A stretch of 64,000 bases of DNA from Eukaryota sp. GEM-RC1 (lineage: Eukaryota): assembly GCA_040285855.1 (NCBI GenBank), contig JAUFOQ010000013.1:1178001-1242000 (forward strand), written 5' to 3'. Position numbers and translations under genes: made by a program. The notes under the pieces were generated by a model that was given only the letters and a program-made list of their open reading frames with translations, had not been told where the DNA came from and did not search any database. Within the stretch, counting starts at the first letter, position 1; each line of letters begins with the position of its first letter. Below, in pieces: positions 25,901 to 41,220 of this stretch.

Positions 25901-28900
25901 TTTCAGTAAAGTAAACTCTTGCGTTTTGGCCTTCTCCTCCTAAAGCAGGGAAGATGAGAGATGCATTGGCATAAGTGTAAAGATATCCTCGAAGAGTACC
26001 ACCATTCATCATGTAATTTTTACCACGAAGGAGATGAATTTCAGCATCAGCGGAATTATCAATATAGAGGTAAATGAAAGCTTCATTGGAATTGATGATG
26101 ATGTGATGATAATTCTTGAGCACAGGAGGTGGTTCCAGGGGGTTTTCATTTTCAAGAGTGAGATTGTCTCTGTTGAACATTATGGTACCATAGTTGTCAA
26201 AAACTGGACCACCATAGAGATTCCACATACCATCTTGCCAATCAAGAATAGTTCCTGGTTGTAATAAAACACTTCTATGAGACAAAGTCTTAGTATGATT
26301 TGTAGAAATGGTGACATTATTGTAAAATACAATAGAACCTCCAGAACCACGAAGAATTCCTCCATTCCAATCAAAATTATGAGTTGAAGTTAAAACACCG
26401 ACACCTTCTAGAATTCCTCCGTTTTTAATGTACTCAGTCCTAGCAGTGAGAGCACCGTCAACGACAGCGAGTCCAGCATCCTGATGAAACTTGTCAAGAA
26501 TTGTCAAGTCACCTTGAACAGTCAATAAACCAGATTTAAAGATAAGTTCCTTCAAGAAATAACAATTCTTTTGGGATCCAATGGCCTAGGTACACGAAGC
26601 TCACCACCATCGAGAATGATTCTGGGAGCTGTCAAGTCATATTCACCTTCAGGAGGACACTCAGCTGGGGGAGTCAAAGTAAGAGTACCACCTTCTTGAA
26701 GAATCAATACATTCATATCAGTTCTAATTTCGTGATCACCAGAGTCAATGACAATAGCCTGAGCAGTATCAATAACACCGGCTAAAGTAACACGTTCTCT
26801 TCCAAAGATGAAAGTACCAGTCTCTAATGCAGACAGACGCCCATCAGAGAAACCACCACCAAGAAACTCAACAGAACCGTTTTCAGCTCTAATTGTAGCT
26901 CTATTTTCGACGATCCACTCGATTCTATTTCTGGCATATCTCCAATTAACACTTCCTTCAGGAGAAATGGTTTCACAATCAGCAAGAGCAAAGAAGAGAT
27001 CTTGCGGGTCATTAAAAGTATAGAATCCAATGAGACCATGTGATACAAAACTGCTAGACATCAAATCAGCACCAGGAGATTCAAATGAATCAAGATAAAG
27101 TGCTTCATCACCAGACAGAGCACGTTCGTAGACTCGAATATTATCAATTTCAAAATCGGCCGAATAGTCACCAAACAAGAAAGTGTTGTTCTCAGTTCTG
27201 GGGAATTGTCCAGCTAATGATATGGAAGTTTGCTGAGCTCCATCACGATACAAATGGAAATTGCTCTCTTGTCGAACAACAGTGTAATGACGCCATTGAT
27301 TAGCAGTAACACCAGAAAAGGTATATGTACGGACATTATTTCCGTCAGTTGTAGAAACACGTAAAATAACACGTTCATCGTAACGATGGGTACTGGAAGC
27401 AGACAACCACACATAGCGGTGTCTAAACTCTAATTCGACATATTCTGAGTAAGATATTTTGCCCTGATAAATGTAGCCAGTGGATGTTCCCCAACCAGGA
27501 GCAGTAGTATGTACTCGTACAAAAGCAGCAAAAGAAAGACCATTTTCAAAACGAGTATCTCTAATTCCCATTACAGTGAAGATTCCATCATTAATTTCAA
27601 GGGTTAAATCATCGGTAGAGATAAAGTTTGTAGAATCAGACCAATCATTTGGAATTCCATGAAGACGGGGAGAACTACAGTAGCCGTCGTCATTGACAAA
27701 GAGCATATCGAGCTTGGTAATATTACCAAAGTTCCTTAACAGAGCAGATCCTTCAGTTCTAAGCCAGTCAACATTTCCGGAATAAATAGTAGAATTTTCC
27801 ATGTTCAAAAAATGGTACCTCTAGAACCATATACGTGACCATCAAACCAGTCAATAGTACCATAATTTTCAACAAATCTTTCATCGATATGTTTCCTTCC
27901 AGCAGTTGCCCACTCAGCGTAGTTATTGAAAATTGTTGTTCCAAGTCCAGAGAGTAAACCTTCATTCCAAAGGAAACTATCCTCCATATATATTCTACCA
28001 CTTCCCGATTGTTCTCCACCATCCATTTGATAGGTTACAAAAATAGTGGAAACACCAGAAGTAGAAAACAGACCATCTGTTTGATGAATTCCTCGTCTAA
28101 TTGTCAACTCAGCGGGTACAAAGAGCTTACCTCCATTGATTATGAACTGTGATACAGACATTTCTCCAGTACTTCCAAAGAAGGTCATGATACCGTCATT
28201 CAATTGGAATATTGAATAATCATTAGTGACGTTGAGTCCAGTGTCCCATACAGAATCACCACCTGTTTGTAATACTTTTGCATTGTCATTAAGAAAGACA
28301 TTAGACCTGGACAGTGATTCAGCAGATCCAGAAATTTCCAAGATACCAGAACCAATAATGTAGGATTCAAGAAAGAGGTTATGAATACCATCACGAAGAG
28401 AGATTTTACCATCAATTTCAGTAGAAAAAACACCAAAGTGATCAGAACCACCAGTGAACTGTAGATCACCACCAGCAGAACTAACGATACCGTAGTTTTC
28501 TAAAAATGTGTCAATATTAACAACCGAATCGTAATTAGTTTTTCTACAACACCATAGTTAATGAATTCAGATCTAACACCTCCATCATCAAGAATAGCAA
28601 CATCATTGGGATTTTCGAACACATAGGTAGCATTTTCAGTAACTATAAAAGAAGCACCATCTCTTGAAAGTAGAATGCCTTCTTCAAAACTAGCACGTTC
28701 AAGAACTTTGACAGTGGTTAGAGACATTGCTTTGTCTGCCGGGTCAATGACTGAGAGGAAACGAGTATCGATAACACCAACATCAGAGAGTAAACCACCA
28801 GATAGAATTAAGTCATTGGATACAGACATCTTGTTGGAAACTCTGATGATACCATCAGTTATAAGTATATCGAGGAAAGTAAAATGAGAACAATGGAAAT

Positions 28901-31900
28901 CAATAGTAGCACCAGCTACAGAAAGTGTATCAAGATCCACATCAGAGGGAGGAGAAAGCACATCAATGTAACCACCAGTAAAAACGACATCACCATTACC
29001 TGAAAGAATTGTTCCATCAAAGAACGAACTCATTCCATCAGCAAAATCAAGAGTTCCTGTTTCAGCAACACCAATGGTACCAAAGTTTGTCAGTCCACCA
29101 GTCAGTTTAAGAATACCAAATGCAGAGTTCAGAAGATTGTAATTAGTAACTCTGCCACTCAGATCAGTCACAGACATGGGATCAGATTGATTGATAACTC
29201 CAAAGTTATTAATAGGAACAGAGAAACTTCGTAAAGAAGCGACAGTTTCCAATAGATTATGATTGACAATGAGGGAATGAGAAGGTAGGAAAGAACCAGA
29301 AGTGTACAAAATTGTGCCATCATTAATGACTGTTACTTCACTTAGCGTACAAGAGTTTACAGAGTCGACATCAAGAGTGGCTCCGTCCATAACATAAATG
29401 TTTCCAAATGAAAAGAAGGTTCCTTGATTAATCCTAAAGTAACCAGAAATAAACACTGCGGACCCTGCAGTAATTAAACCACTAGTAAGAGTTCCCAAAC
29501 GAACAATGGGTTCTGAAATAAGGTACTCGACAGTTCCGCCAGATACATCAAAATGAGGAATGCCAGACGTGGTAGTGTTAACATACACAGTACCAGAAGA
29601 TACGAGCACAGTTCCAGTTCCAAGGATTGATTGATGTGCTCTCCAATAAACTACAGAACTTGAGCTAACTAATCGTATTCCAGCACCACCAAAAGTTTGA
29701 TTCAAAACACCATAGAACCAAGAATCGCTGCTATAACACGCTAATTGTCCATCAGTTGCTGAAATCTCAGAATCCCAGTGAAAGATGTGGGGAGAGTTAT
29801 AGAGTCGCAGAACTCCGTCTTCTAGTAAAAGTTTACCATGGAAGGGAAGAAGATGTTTGCAAAAAAGATCTCCCTGTACAATTAGAGTTCCAGTAACATG
29901 ATTAGTGAAATTACCATCTACGCGGGAACTGGACGAAACTCCATTACGGATGAACGTTCCATAGTTATGAATATCAACCTCATATCGATGTATGTTGGAT
30001 GAAAATGAATCATAGTAAGTTCCAAAATTGACAATAGTTCCCGGAATAGATGATGATTCAACAAAGACATTTGCATTTGTTCCAGTAGAAACAAATTCTC
30101 CAAAAGGACTTATTTCAAGAGAGCCTTCATGATAAATATGTAGGGTACGACGACGACCATATTCACCTGTGCCGTTTACAACTAATCTTCCCCGATGAAG
30201 ATAAAGTTGAGTAGTAGACGCAGTACCATAAATTTCTAGATGACCATTCACAATAATCGAGGAATCAACGTGATCAAAATGGATATGCCTTCGGTTCCAT
30301 GTCATATCACCTAAAACAACGAGACCTCTGGGATCACCACCAAGATGGAAAAAAGGCGTGTCACAACCAGTTCCAGGACGACCATCGGTAATTAAAGTGT
30401 TGACGTAACCACCACCATAAACGTAAAGATAATTACAATAACGAACTAGACCAAGATTACCATTAACAGGGTCCAATTGGTGAATGTAAGTTCTTGATGG
30501 AGAATCAAAAGTGTTGATCTGTCCACCTTCTTCGACATAAACATTGGCGTAAATATGAGAAACAGTGATCCTGCATGCTAATTCACCGGTACTAGATATA
30601 GTGACATTGCCTCCATACTTCTGGAACTCATTAGCGGATGTATAGTGACCACATCTATTCCAAAGAAGACCGTCGAGAAGAATGTCTGCTCCATAATCAA
30701 ATGTTCGATGATACCACACATCGATAGAGGAACCTGCAGCAACGTGATAAAGAGCAGTTGGATGAAGAACCATTGGGCCACGTCGATGAACATCACCAGT
30801 ACGCTCGTGGATGTAAGTTCCATATACAACAAAAAGAGGATAGTGATCGTTAGTAGAATGAGGGTGATATGTAGTTGTTCCTGTGGATTGAGCGGCCTTA
30901 AAAGTTCCAGTAACAGAAATTACAAACTGAGAATCTTGATGGAAATAGATATTATTTGTTCTCATATCCATAAACCCCTGGACCTCAAACTGAGATCGAT
31001 AAAGATCAAAACGAGAGTTGGTTAAAGTACCAGTACAATTCACAGCCAAAATGATATGTAGATCATAGATGTTACCATGAGAAGCGGTGAAAGAATCAAA
31101 AATGACCAAAGTACCATCAAGACCTTCCAGATTACCATCGGCAGTCATTGTCACTTGGTCAGAAGTAACTTGGCCGACATGAGCAAATCGTCCATTAGTT
31201 CCATCAACTAAAATCTCAGGAATGTGAATCTCGTGTGTGGAAAGGTTCAGTCTTGCTCTAGTAACATGTAAAAGTTGACCAAGAGTTACAACACGAGCAG
31301 TAGTGTTATGAATAGGAACATCAGGATAAGTGGCAAGGGTAGATTGAGGATAATGACCCATGAATTCAAAGTGACCATTATTGTGAGATGCATCGATCTT
31401 AGTTGATCCAGTGATATTGTAGAATCCATAGAAAAGTGAAGGATAGTATTGGACGAAAACAATGTTACCATCACCGTGAATGATACAACTTTCTTCGTAA
31501 AAAGTGATTGAAAGTTCCAGTGTAGCATCAGTTTCAACATGATAGACACCAGTTGAATAGGAAAAGTCATTATTTGCAAGAGTATATCCAAACTGTAACA
31601 GGCCAGTCTCAACATAAACATTACCATGATTGTGAGCAAATACATCAAGTACAGCTGTAGTACTGGAGCGACCGAAAATTTTGCCATAATTATAGAAATG
31701 AGATCCAGCAGTTGAAGTCCCAGAATCCAAAGAAATACCCGCTCCATTCATTACCCAATCTCCTCTATTAATATAGGTAGTTCTCAGAGAGTATATTCTA
31801 TTTGATTCAAAATTAAAAGTGCCATAATTTTCAACAATTGGTCCGTAATGGATTCCGATTGCTCCCCCAGGCTGAATGACTGTTTGGTTGAGCAAAATTA

Positions 31901-34900
31901 AATGAATATCATCCCTGATATCACAGTTAGATCCAACTTCAAACAAACCAGTAACAGTGAAAACACCGTCTGGTTTTGGTGCATACGCGGTGTTGGCTCT
32001 GATATTTCCATGAACAAAGAGGTAGGAAAGAATGATAGAAGAATTATCCATGTTCAAAACAGCAAGGGAGGATGACTCTATTTGAATGTCAACAAAAGAA
32101 TGATTGAAAAGATTGCGGACAGTTGCTTCGCTTCTAGTTCGAATATTTAAATGAGCATGTTGTATCATATCATCACCAAAAGAAACTGTAGGATAGAAGT
32201 AGAAGTGGGGAATATAACTGGTAGAAGTGTGTGGGCCAACTCTAAACTCTCCGGTAATATTGAGAAAACCACTGAAATGAGCATGACCTCGTTGACCTAT
32301 AAGAGAACCAGGACCTTCTACAGTCGAATTCTCATAAAAGTAACGATGATAAGTAGTTGCAGTGGTATCTAAAAGAAGTAGAACAGTGTCTTCATGAAGA
32401 TACTGATATCCATAACTGTGAACGTCTCTAGCTAGCTTTAGAGTTCCTTGTTCTACAATAACGTTTCCATAGTTAATGAACTGCCACCTATTGGTAGCCG
32501 TACCAGTACCACGTTTGATTAAAAGTCCATCATTTACAAAAGATGCAGTATTAGAAGCTGAACACATGGTATCCCATTGGACAAATGTGGCGTTCTCGGC
32601 ATTTACAATCTGTGACGTATGAGATGGAGACAGTTGACCTGCGACCCATTCACCAGAGAAAAGATTAACAATGGAAATAGATGAAGTCAATGTCTTGGTA
32701 CCTGTAGTAACCATTTCAAAGAACTGGTGCACGTAGAAGTATCCAGATCCTGTGATCGTACCAGCATTCCAGGTAAAAGTATTTAAAACATCAACGTGTT
32801 CAACACTTGTAATTGTCCCTGAAAACATTGTAATATTGTGACTAACAAGAGACTTTTGATTAGTGAGAGTGGAAGTAGCAGCAGCCTGGCCAGTTACACC
32901 CATGACAAGATTACAAATGTAAACGTCATCATTGAAAACAAGGGATCCTGAAGTGATAGTGAGGGTAGTTGGACAATCAAAAGACACGTCACACTGATTA
33001 TCAAATGATCCACCAGTTAAAACAAGGGAACCTGGTTGATTAAGTAAGAACTTTCCAGGACAAATGTTAGTAAATGAGGAAGACGTGGCGAATTCCAAGT
33101 CACCATAAAATACAAATCTACCATAATTGGTGCCTACGGCATGAGTAGAAGTAGCAATAACTGAGGCCAACGGATTAATGGTCAAATTCTTGTAATTTTG
33201 GTAAACTCCAATGAATGAGGTTTTACCAATCCAGAAGTCAGTAGTTGCACGATTGATAAAATCTAGAGATACAGTAATATCGGGTGAGCTGGTGAAATTA
33301 AAAACGCCAAAAACAACAATTTGTCCCTTATTTGTAGTAGAAGTTCTTGCCAATGATAGCGAAGAAGCAGCATTGAGATTGTAAACAGCAGTTTCCGCCA
33401 CATTTAGTACAAAATTAGAGTTTGTAGTCATTGTACCCAAAGTATGCAAGAACTCGTTCAATACAGTCATTTCCATTTGGGAATAAGTAGCAGCACCAGT
33501 CATATATACTTGATCAACAAAAGATGAACCAACACCAGAAATAGTACCACCTTCAACCATTAGATTATTTAAAAGAGAGTTCCTCCTACAGTTAAAGTAC
33601 CAGTAGAAATTGTAATGTTTGTAACGTTCATAGTTCTAGGTACGGAGAGAATTCCTCCTTGAATGGAGAAGATTAAATCAGTAGTTTCAGAAGGAATATT
33701 TAGAATAGCAGTACCACCAGTAATAAAAAGACTTTCCAAAGAATTGACAAGTGAGAAGATGCGAGTTGTTCCTCCAGTTACTGAGAAAGACCCATAGTAA
33801 TTAGTTTCAGAACCAGTTAGATAAGTGAAAACTGCCGCAGTGTGAACAACTGAAGAGTTAACATTACCAGTCATGTTACCTAAAGAGAATCCAGATCCTC
33901 GAATATCAATAGAACTTTGATCGATAGAAAAATCAGCAAAGTTTTCTAATACAAAACCCATTTGAACAGCAGCAGAGTTGGATAGAACGAACTCATTTCG
34001 ATTAATTAATTTACAGGAAGCGGAAGTGACAAATGTGAAAGACACGGAATCGCCAAAAGTAGAGATTAAACCAGAACTATCAATAATAGTATTAGAACAT
34101 GTGTTAATTGAGCCTGGCTTGAGGTGAATTGTACCGTTGTTATAAACATTAGTCGACATACTGAGTGCATGTACAGAATCTAGGTAAAACTCGGATGAAG
34201 AAGGAATGTGCACAGTGTTTATGTTGATAGTACCACCGTAGAAGTTGAAAACGTCAGTGATTGTGATCCTATTTGCTCCAGTTAGAATAGATGAATTAGA
34301 CTGTCTAAAATCAGTAACGACAACAGGCATAGAAACACGTAGAGTTGCTGAATTGATAAGATGAAGTTTGGTAAAGTTCAAATACTTATTGGATTGTGAT
34401 AAGGTAAGAGTTCCACCAGAAACAAGGAGTTGCTTCTCATGAATGAATAAACCACCAATTTCAATAGAGCCAGATATGATACTAATCAAATCAGTATTTG
34501 TGGTAATAAGAGTTCCCAAGAATAAATGAGTGGAAGGAGAAACAACAGATACAATAGCAGAATCAAGAGAGATATCACCATTAAAAGTACCTGAACCTGA
34601 GAAAACAATAGTACCATCACTAAAATTAAACAATCCTGTACCAGTTGTCTTCGTAGACAAGGTCACATTACTTCTGATTGAATTTAAAACACCCTCAATG
34701 TGGAATGTTGATGCTGCATCAGCCTGGGTAAAACTAAGTGACTGACTGACAAGAGAAAGAGTAGATGAAGAGTTTACAGAAAGAAAAGCATTGGAGCTTA
34801 GAGACACATCAGCAGTGGCAATTAATTGGGCTTCACAGTTGGCAAAGAACATCTTAGTGGCTGAAACAGAAACACCCTCCTTGAAAGTGACGTCATCATA

Positions 34901-37900
34901 AACGATAACATAACCAGGGCCAGTGAACGTAGCATCCGTAAAAGTAGTAGACTCATGGAGAGTCAGACTGGAGTCTGCAGGAACAGTAATTGGTGACTCA
35001 ATGAACAAGGATCTGGTAACAGAGCAAGGGGAAGTAAAGGTTACAGTGGATAACTCCACAGTTAGATCGATGATATGACAACTGGAACTATCCTTAAATT
35101 GAACGCTGGAGCTGTTGAACACTGAAACACCAGTAAAAGCCCACTTCGAATCAGACACAATCAGAGAATCTTTAACTAAAAGAGATCCAGAACCAGAGAA
35201 GTCACATTCACTCAATTCAACAACGGATGAAAATATTAATGACGAATTCGAGTCAATAACTAAATCATTGGTAAAAAGTCCATTATTCTCAATATTTAGA
35301 TGAGAATCTACAAGAGTGGTATCATGAGCTTCAATGCGACATTCCATAGTCAAAGTAGATCCATCTAGTTGTAACAAATGACGAATAGACAGCTTTTCAG
35401 TTGAATCACAGAATGCAACCAAATCCGAATCCGAAAATAGAAACTCGTGTACATCAAGATGAGCTGAGTTACTGAGAGTGAAATTTGTTGAACCTATAGG
35501 AATGAGTTGATTTACAACATAAACGTGAATTGAAGAAAATGATGCATCATCATAATAGAGATCATTTGTGTTAATGAAGTCACCCTTAACAAGACCTTGA
35601 ACGGTCAATTCAGACGCAGTTCCAGTACAGAGAGAGAAATCCAACTCCGCATGTTCAGGAACTTCCAAGAATAGTCCTTCTATAGAGATATCCTGAAGAC
35701 TGAGGGAATTGTTAACGAAAAGCTTAGAACCTGGAGTGATAGTAACTTCTTCTACAGAGAAATCAGTGGTGTCGAACCACACGGCAGTAGCGAGACTCTC
35801 AAAAACACCTTCACCAGAAATGGTACCAGTCCCTTGAATGACTGCACCATTTGCAACAATTTTACCTTGTAAATCAATCAAACAATCATCGAATGTGATC
35901 GTCAAGGAGCTAATGTCTAAAGTGACACCAACAGGAATTTTAAGAACGTCATGAGCAGAACAAACAAACTTTGATCTATTATGAATGATTACACCAGTAT
36001 GGAAAGCTACTTCATCAGATACAGTAATAACGGAATCTGCTTCAATGACAGTAGATTGGAGCAAGCTAGTAGGGGATTGGAATTCAACATCACGCAGAGT
36101 TGCCTGAGCTGAAGTTACGTCCTGTACAAAGACACTACTTTGAGCATTAAGTGTATTGAAGAACGATGTAGTGTCAATTGTGGAGTCCTCAATAGTTGCT
36201 GTCTGAGACATAAGAATTACAGCATCCAAAGTTGAATGTTTAAAAGTAAAGGCGTTAATAAAAAGACTTTCAGCTGTAACAGTGGAATGAAGAAAAGTCA
36301 TTGGAGAATAGCTGATTTCTGAAACAAACGTGACGGTAGAAGAGTTGACAATAAGTGGTGCTGAGAAAGACTGTTTGGAAAGTTTAAAGTTGGATCCTCC
36401 ATTAATGAACAGATTAGAAGAAAGAACAGCAGAGGTACTCAGGAAACCATCAAAATCAGAAAGATGAACTGAACCAGGACCATTAATTACTGTATCGAAC
36501 AATCGTGAAGTTGACTTAAAAGTCAGCTGTGAGGAAGAAAGAACAAAATTTCCTAATGGAAATAAAAGTTTCCCAATAGTTAAATCTCCATTAGCTTGCA
36601 CAAAATTAGTGATTACCTGAGTAGACAGTACAGCATCAGCATCAGAAGCAACATCAAGAGTAGAACCAAAGTAGATCAATCCTGGCTGAGAGTCAGTAAT
36701 TGAACGTCCAATAGAAGCAGATGAAACAGAAGAAGACCCTAAGATCAACAGTTCAACACCAGAGAAGGCGATGGTTCCAGATACGTAAGAGAGACTGACT
36801 GTACGGAAAACATCAGTTGATAGAGAAAAGTCCCCATTAAAGGTTAGTGATGAGGTAGATATCACTTGAACAGAAACATCTCCTCCAGTGATTGAAAAAG
36901 ATGCACCAGAACCTAGATAGACACTACCAGAACCAGACAAGGAACCACCAGTGACAGAAAGGGAATTAGTAATTTCAAGAACATTATCGACAATTAATTC
37001 ACCGTCGTGTAGCTCTACTGTCCTGACAATAGCATAGCGATCTAAAGTAAGAGTTGCAACAGCATCATTAAAGACAGCATTATCTTGACTCCTAGGAACA
37101 GAGTTAGGACTCCAGTTATTAGAGTTAAACCAAGAGCCTGTCACTGATACTGTAGAGAGTGTCTGTGTTCCTAACCATGAAGTACAGGATGAACCAAAAT
37201 AGTTACTGTTACACCAACAATTTCCCTCTACTAAAACACCTTGGTCATTACACCCAGTGGAAAGAGAGCAATCATTTCCAGTCCAGCCAGCATCACAATC
37301 ACAAACACCAGAAATGCAACCGCCATTTCCACTACATGCATTTGGACATTGGTGAGCCCGCACACGACAACCAGAGGCAATACATTCAAGATAAATGTGA
37401 TTACCATCTTTGGACGTCACTAGACCAGGAGTGTACATGTGTCCGCGAAGATTGTTACTACCAATCAAAAGAAATTGGTTTCCAGAAGAAACAGTACGAC
37501 TGAATGAAGTGACATCAAAAGTTCCACCTACATAAGCAGAAGTAGTAGTAATTCTAGGAGGAGCAGCGACATTAATTGTAACTTGCACTATGGAAGTCCG
37601 ATCTAAAAACAAATGAGTAATAGTACAATGGCTATTCACAACAAGAGTAGAGTCAAATGAGTGTAATGTTCCAGTTAAATGGCCTCCGTTAAGGTTTAAG
37701 GTAGAAGATAATAGTCTAACTGAAGGTGCTGTGAGGGTATTGGAATTTAACGTCATGGTAACTGACTTTAAAATCAGGGGTTTTTGAATAGTTAGAGTAC
37801 CACTAGACGTAAAACTGTTGGTAATAGTCAGGAACCCACTAATAGTTCGAGTGTTAGTAGTGGCGCTAGTCTGGAGATCACGAACAAAGAGCAGAACGTC

Positions 37901-40900
37901 CTCGCCAAAAGAAAATTGAGTAGACATCACAAGAGATTGTTCAGCAACAATTATACCAGTACCAGTAAAAGACCCTGTTGAGGATAGATTAATATTTGTA
38001 GTGAAAACTATTCTGATTCCGTCAAAAAGTTCAAAATGACCTATAACTGTAATTACATCCAAAACACGAAGAGTTCCCAACCCTCCAAGGTCACGTCCGT
38101 TATGGAGACGTAGAGAATTTCCAGAAAGCTCCATTTCACCGTGGATAAAAGAATCATGAACAGAATACTGACAAAAAGAATTGGGACAATTCATACGTAC
38201 ACTTCCACCACTAAAGATTCCGTCATCAGCTGAGGGAATACTGTTGAACCAGCAGTTTGAGTTGTTCAAAGCAAGACTTGGTCGATTTACAGAGAAAAAT
38301 CTGAAAGAGTTAATAACTGGTTCATTGTCGATAAATTCGACATGCGCAGAGTGGTAAACATAAAACAAGTATGTAACTTGAAAAGATCCTTCAGTGACAA
38401 AGATAGAATCTGAGTACATGAAGAACTCCCGCATACGAAATGTACCTGTGGATACGTGATATTCGGGGTTATCAGCATCTAAGATGATCCTTCTATTTGA
38501 AGATGTAACGTCAAAAGTACCATGAATGACAAGGTTGTGACGCATGAACCAATACTGTGAAGTAGAAATAGTAACAGAAGCTCCTTGTTCGACAATAAAG
38601 TTTCTACCACCCGAGATCGAATGACCAGAATAGGCAGTACTGTAATCAAAGTTTCCTCCAGCAATGATAAAATCACAAGTAGCACAAGCAGTAATTTGAC
38701 CACGAGAATACTGACCACCATTTCGTAATATGAATGTAACCTGGTATAGATTTGATGATTGAGCCGTATTAATGGTGTAACTGCCCAAAACGTCAACAGT
38801 ACCTTCACCAAGAAAGTTGAATCCACCATTGGTCCAGTCGTCAAGGACCTCTAGGACTGTCCCTTTATTGATGGTAAGTCTAGGAGTGCGATTGGCATTG
38901 AGGCCAGTGGACACTTTGACTGGTTTGTTTTCACCATGTTTAATTACATGGAAGTTTGAAGCACCATTGATTCCATCAAGTGTGTTGATGGTAGTTCCAT
39001 CAGCAACATATAGTCGAGAGTTTGTGTTACTAGAGAACTGAGTAGCACTCACATCGTCCAGGGTACATCCATAACAATACATATGACGAGATGAGGTAAC
39101 TCTCCAATTATTTGAAGTAAAAGTAGTTCCAAACAGTTCGCAATTTCCTTGGCATTGGAACCACCCACTATTGTCAATTGTTGTACTGTGGATTTCTGCA
39201 TCATCTAAGAAATAGACGTAACCTGCAGGGATGGTAAAGGTGGGACTTTCAATATAAGTATACTCAGTAAAATAAAATGGACCTCGAATAGAGAGATCTT
39301 GAGTTCCATAAATATAAACATTCCAATTTATATAAATAGTGTTGGTTGTAGTCTTCTCAACACTCCCAGTTGAGTAAAAAGTGGGTTTCGTATTACCAGA
39401 ATTCCAATATCCAACAGAGATAGTCATACTTCCAGTATTATTGAAAAGAAATGAGAGTTAGAATTAACAGTAAATGTGTTGGACACAGTAAAAGTTCCGT
39501 GATTTACAATAGAACAATCATGTACCACAGTAGAGGAAGCAGTGACACTACTAGTACAAGTATTTTCAAGAACTAGATTAATTCCAGGTCCAAGAGTACC
39601 TCCCTCCCAATCAAGTTCATTGTCAACTGATACAGTACCTCCAGTACCACGGAAAATACACCCATTGGTATTGGGGAAGGTCAAATCATGTATCGCTAAA
39701 TTGTGATCGTGGATATCAATTGCACCTGACATACATTCGATATTAAGCAAAACATCCAACTGAACAGCAGGAACAAATGAAAAACCAGAGTCATCAACAA
39801 CGTAGTCTCCAGAAAACAAATGAAGTATTCCTCCATTGGCGCCAATTTTGTCCATTTCAACAACGCCACGTAGCATTACGTCACCAGCCATTGAGTGAAG
39901 AGTAGCAGAGCCAGACTGTTTCAGAACAGAACCTTGTTCAAAAGTCAACCAATTACTAGCGATACCACATCGGAGAATTAGACCATTATTAACAGTAACG
40001 GTACCATAGATTGCTCCTCTTCCAAGAATAGAGTTAGTTACTGAAGCAGTGATATGACCATAGTTATAGATGAAACAATTGACAGTGGTGAGTAGAGATA
40101 GTAAAAGAGTACTTGAAGAATGGAAAACCATTGCACCGTCCCCTGAAAAAGTGGGAGCACTAGTAGTAACAGTAGAAGCACCGTAAAAGTTCAAATGAGT
40201 GCCAGCATTAAGAGAAAGCGTACCACCAATGAAGGTGTTAGTTCCGTTAAAGTCATAAATTCCTCTTAATCTGAAAGTTATTGTATGTCCGTTTAAACCC
40301 AAGGATGACTGAACAACAGTAGTTAAACGTCCAGCATTATTGATTGTTCCATGGCGAGCATCCAAATTATTTACATATACATCACCATAGACTTCAAGAG
40401 TTCCTGAGGTTATTGTTAGGGCACTAATCGTCACATTATGATTGGTAAGATTCAAAGTACCAGAGCTTTCAAGAGTAACAAGGGAGCCGAAAGAGACGAA
40501 GGTGGCACAAGGTTGAACCAAAGAGTCATCTATCCACTGCACGTGGTAATCAGCACCTACAAGACGAAGTTCAGTTGTGGAACCAGAGACAATAGTACTA
40601 CCGGAGGCGGAGAGGTCGTAAGTACCGTGGAAGAAGGAAGAGACGTACCATTCAACAGCACCAGGACCAGTGAGATTGCCGTAAAAGTAGAGAGTAGAAG
40701 TGTAGACTCGGAACATGCTGTTAACATCAATTTGGCCATAGATGTTTCCCCCATCACGGATTTCAAAAGTAGAAGAGGAGTGTTGTACGAGAATACGCCC
40801 GGAGGGTCCGACTTCAAGAGGGATATTGGTACGAGTGATAGAGCTGCCGGAAAGGATTAGCGTTCCATCAACACGAAGTACGGAAGCAGTTCCGCCGCCG

Positions 40901-41220
40901 TTGTGGAAATACCAGTTGGAGGTCTTCGTTACATCAAGCGTGACGTTTTCCGGGACAGTGAGAGATGAATTGGTCCCCAGATAAATGTGGCCTCCTGACC
41001 AGATGGAATCCTCAACAAGGGTTAGCCGGTAACAAATCAAGGTGAGAGTACTTTTGATATCAACAGGTCCAAGACCGCCCACTCCGCATTGTGTGGTAGA
41101 TCCTAAAGTGACACCGCTTAACTCCGTCAATCCCTTGACATGTAATCGATTAGATTCTGATCCATACGCGATGGAGACCAGAGCGAGAGTTGCAAATAGC
41201 AAAAGGTAAGCTAGACGCAT
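10966..41220 (-). CDS. Giant (~10,080 aa) single-pass cell-surface / adhesin-like protein, split by six 1-bp frameshifts
   Basis: ORFs 39424-41220, 33569-39427, 28500-33560, 27805-~28535, 26552-27808, 13053-26555 and 10966-13167 join into one frame if one base is added in a short homopolymer at each junction. Only the first ORF has a signal peptide (MRLAYLLLFATLALVSIAYG) and only the last has a TM helix (FLAFLTVILVALSSVLIVTYIAL, ~11595-11665). Tenascin-type EGF repeats ~37190-37360, LamG-like ~27080-27560, EGF+PSI ~13170-13385. Confidence 0.85.
14985..20190 (-). repeat. About 7 near-identical tandem 756-bp (252-aa) coding repeats inside the giant gene
   Basis: Anchor GTCAATTTTCCAGAAGCAATTTCAA recurs at ~15010, 15772, 16528, 17284, 18040, 18796 and 19552 (spacing 762, then 756). 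Frame stays open throughout. Confidence 0.97.

Noticed and set aside
26552..39450. Programmed -1 frameshifting or tiny introns at the giant-gene junctions
   Set aside because: No shared slippery heptamer or GT-AG pattern. The same 1-bp defect occurs in conserved enzymes such as ald, which favours sequencing error.
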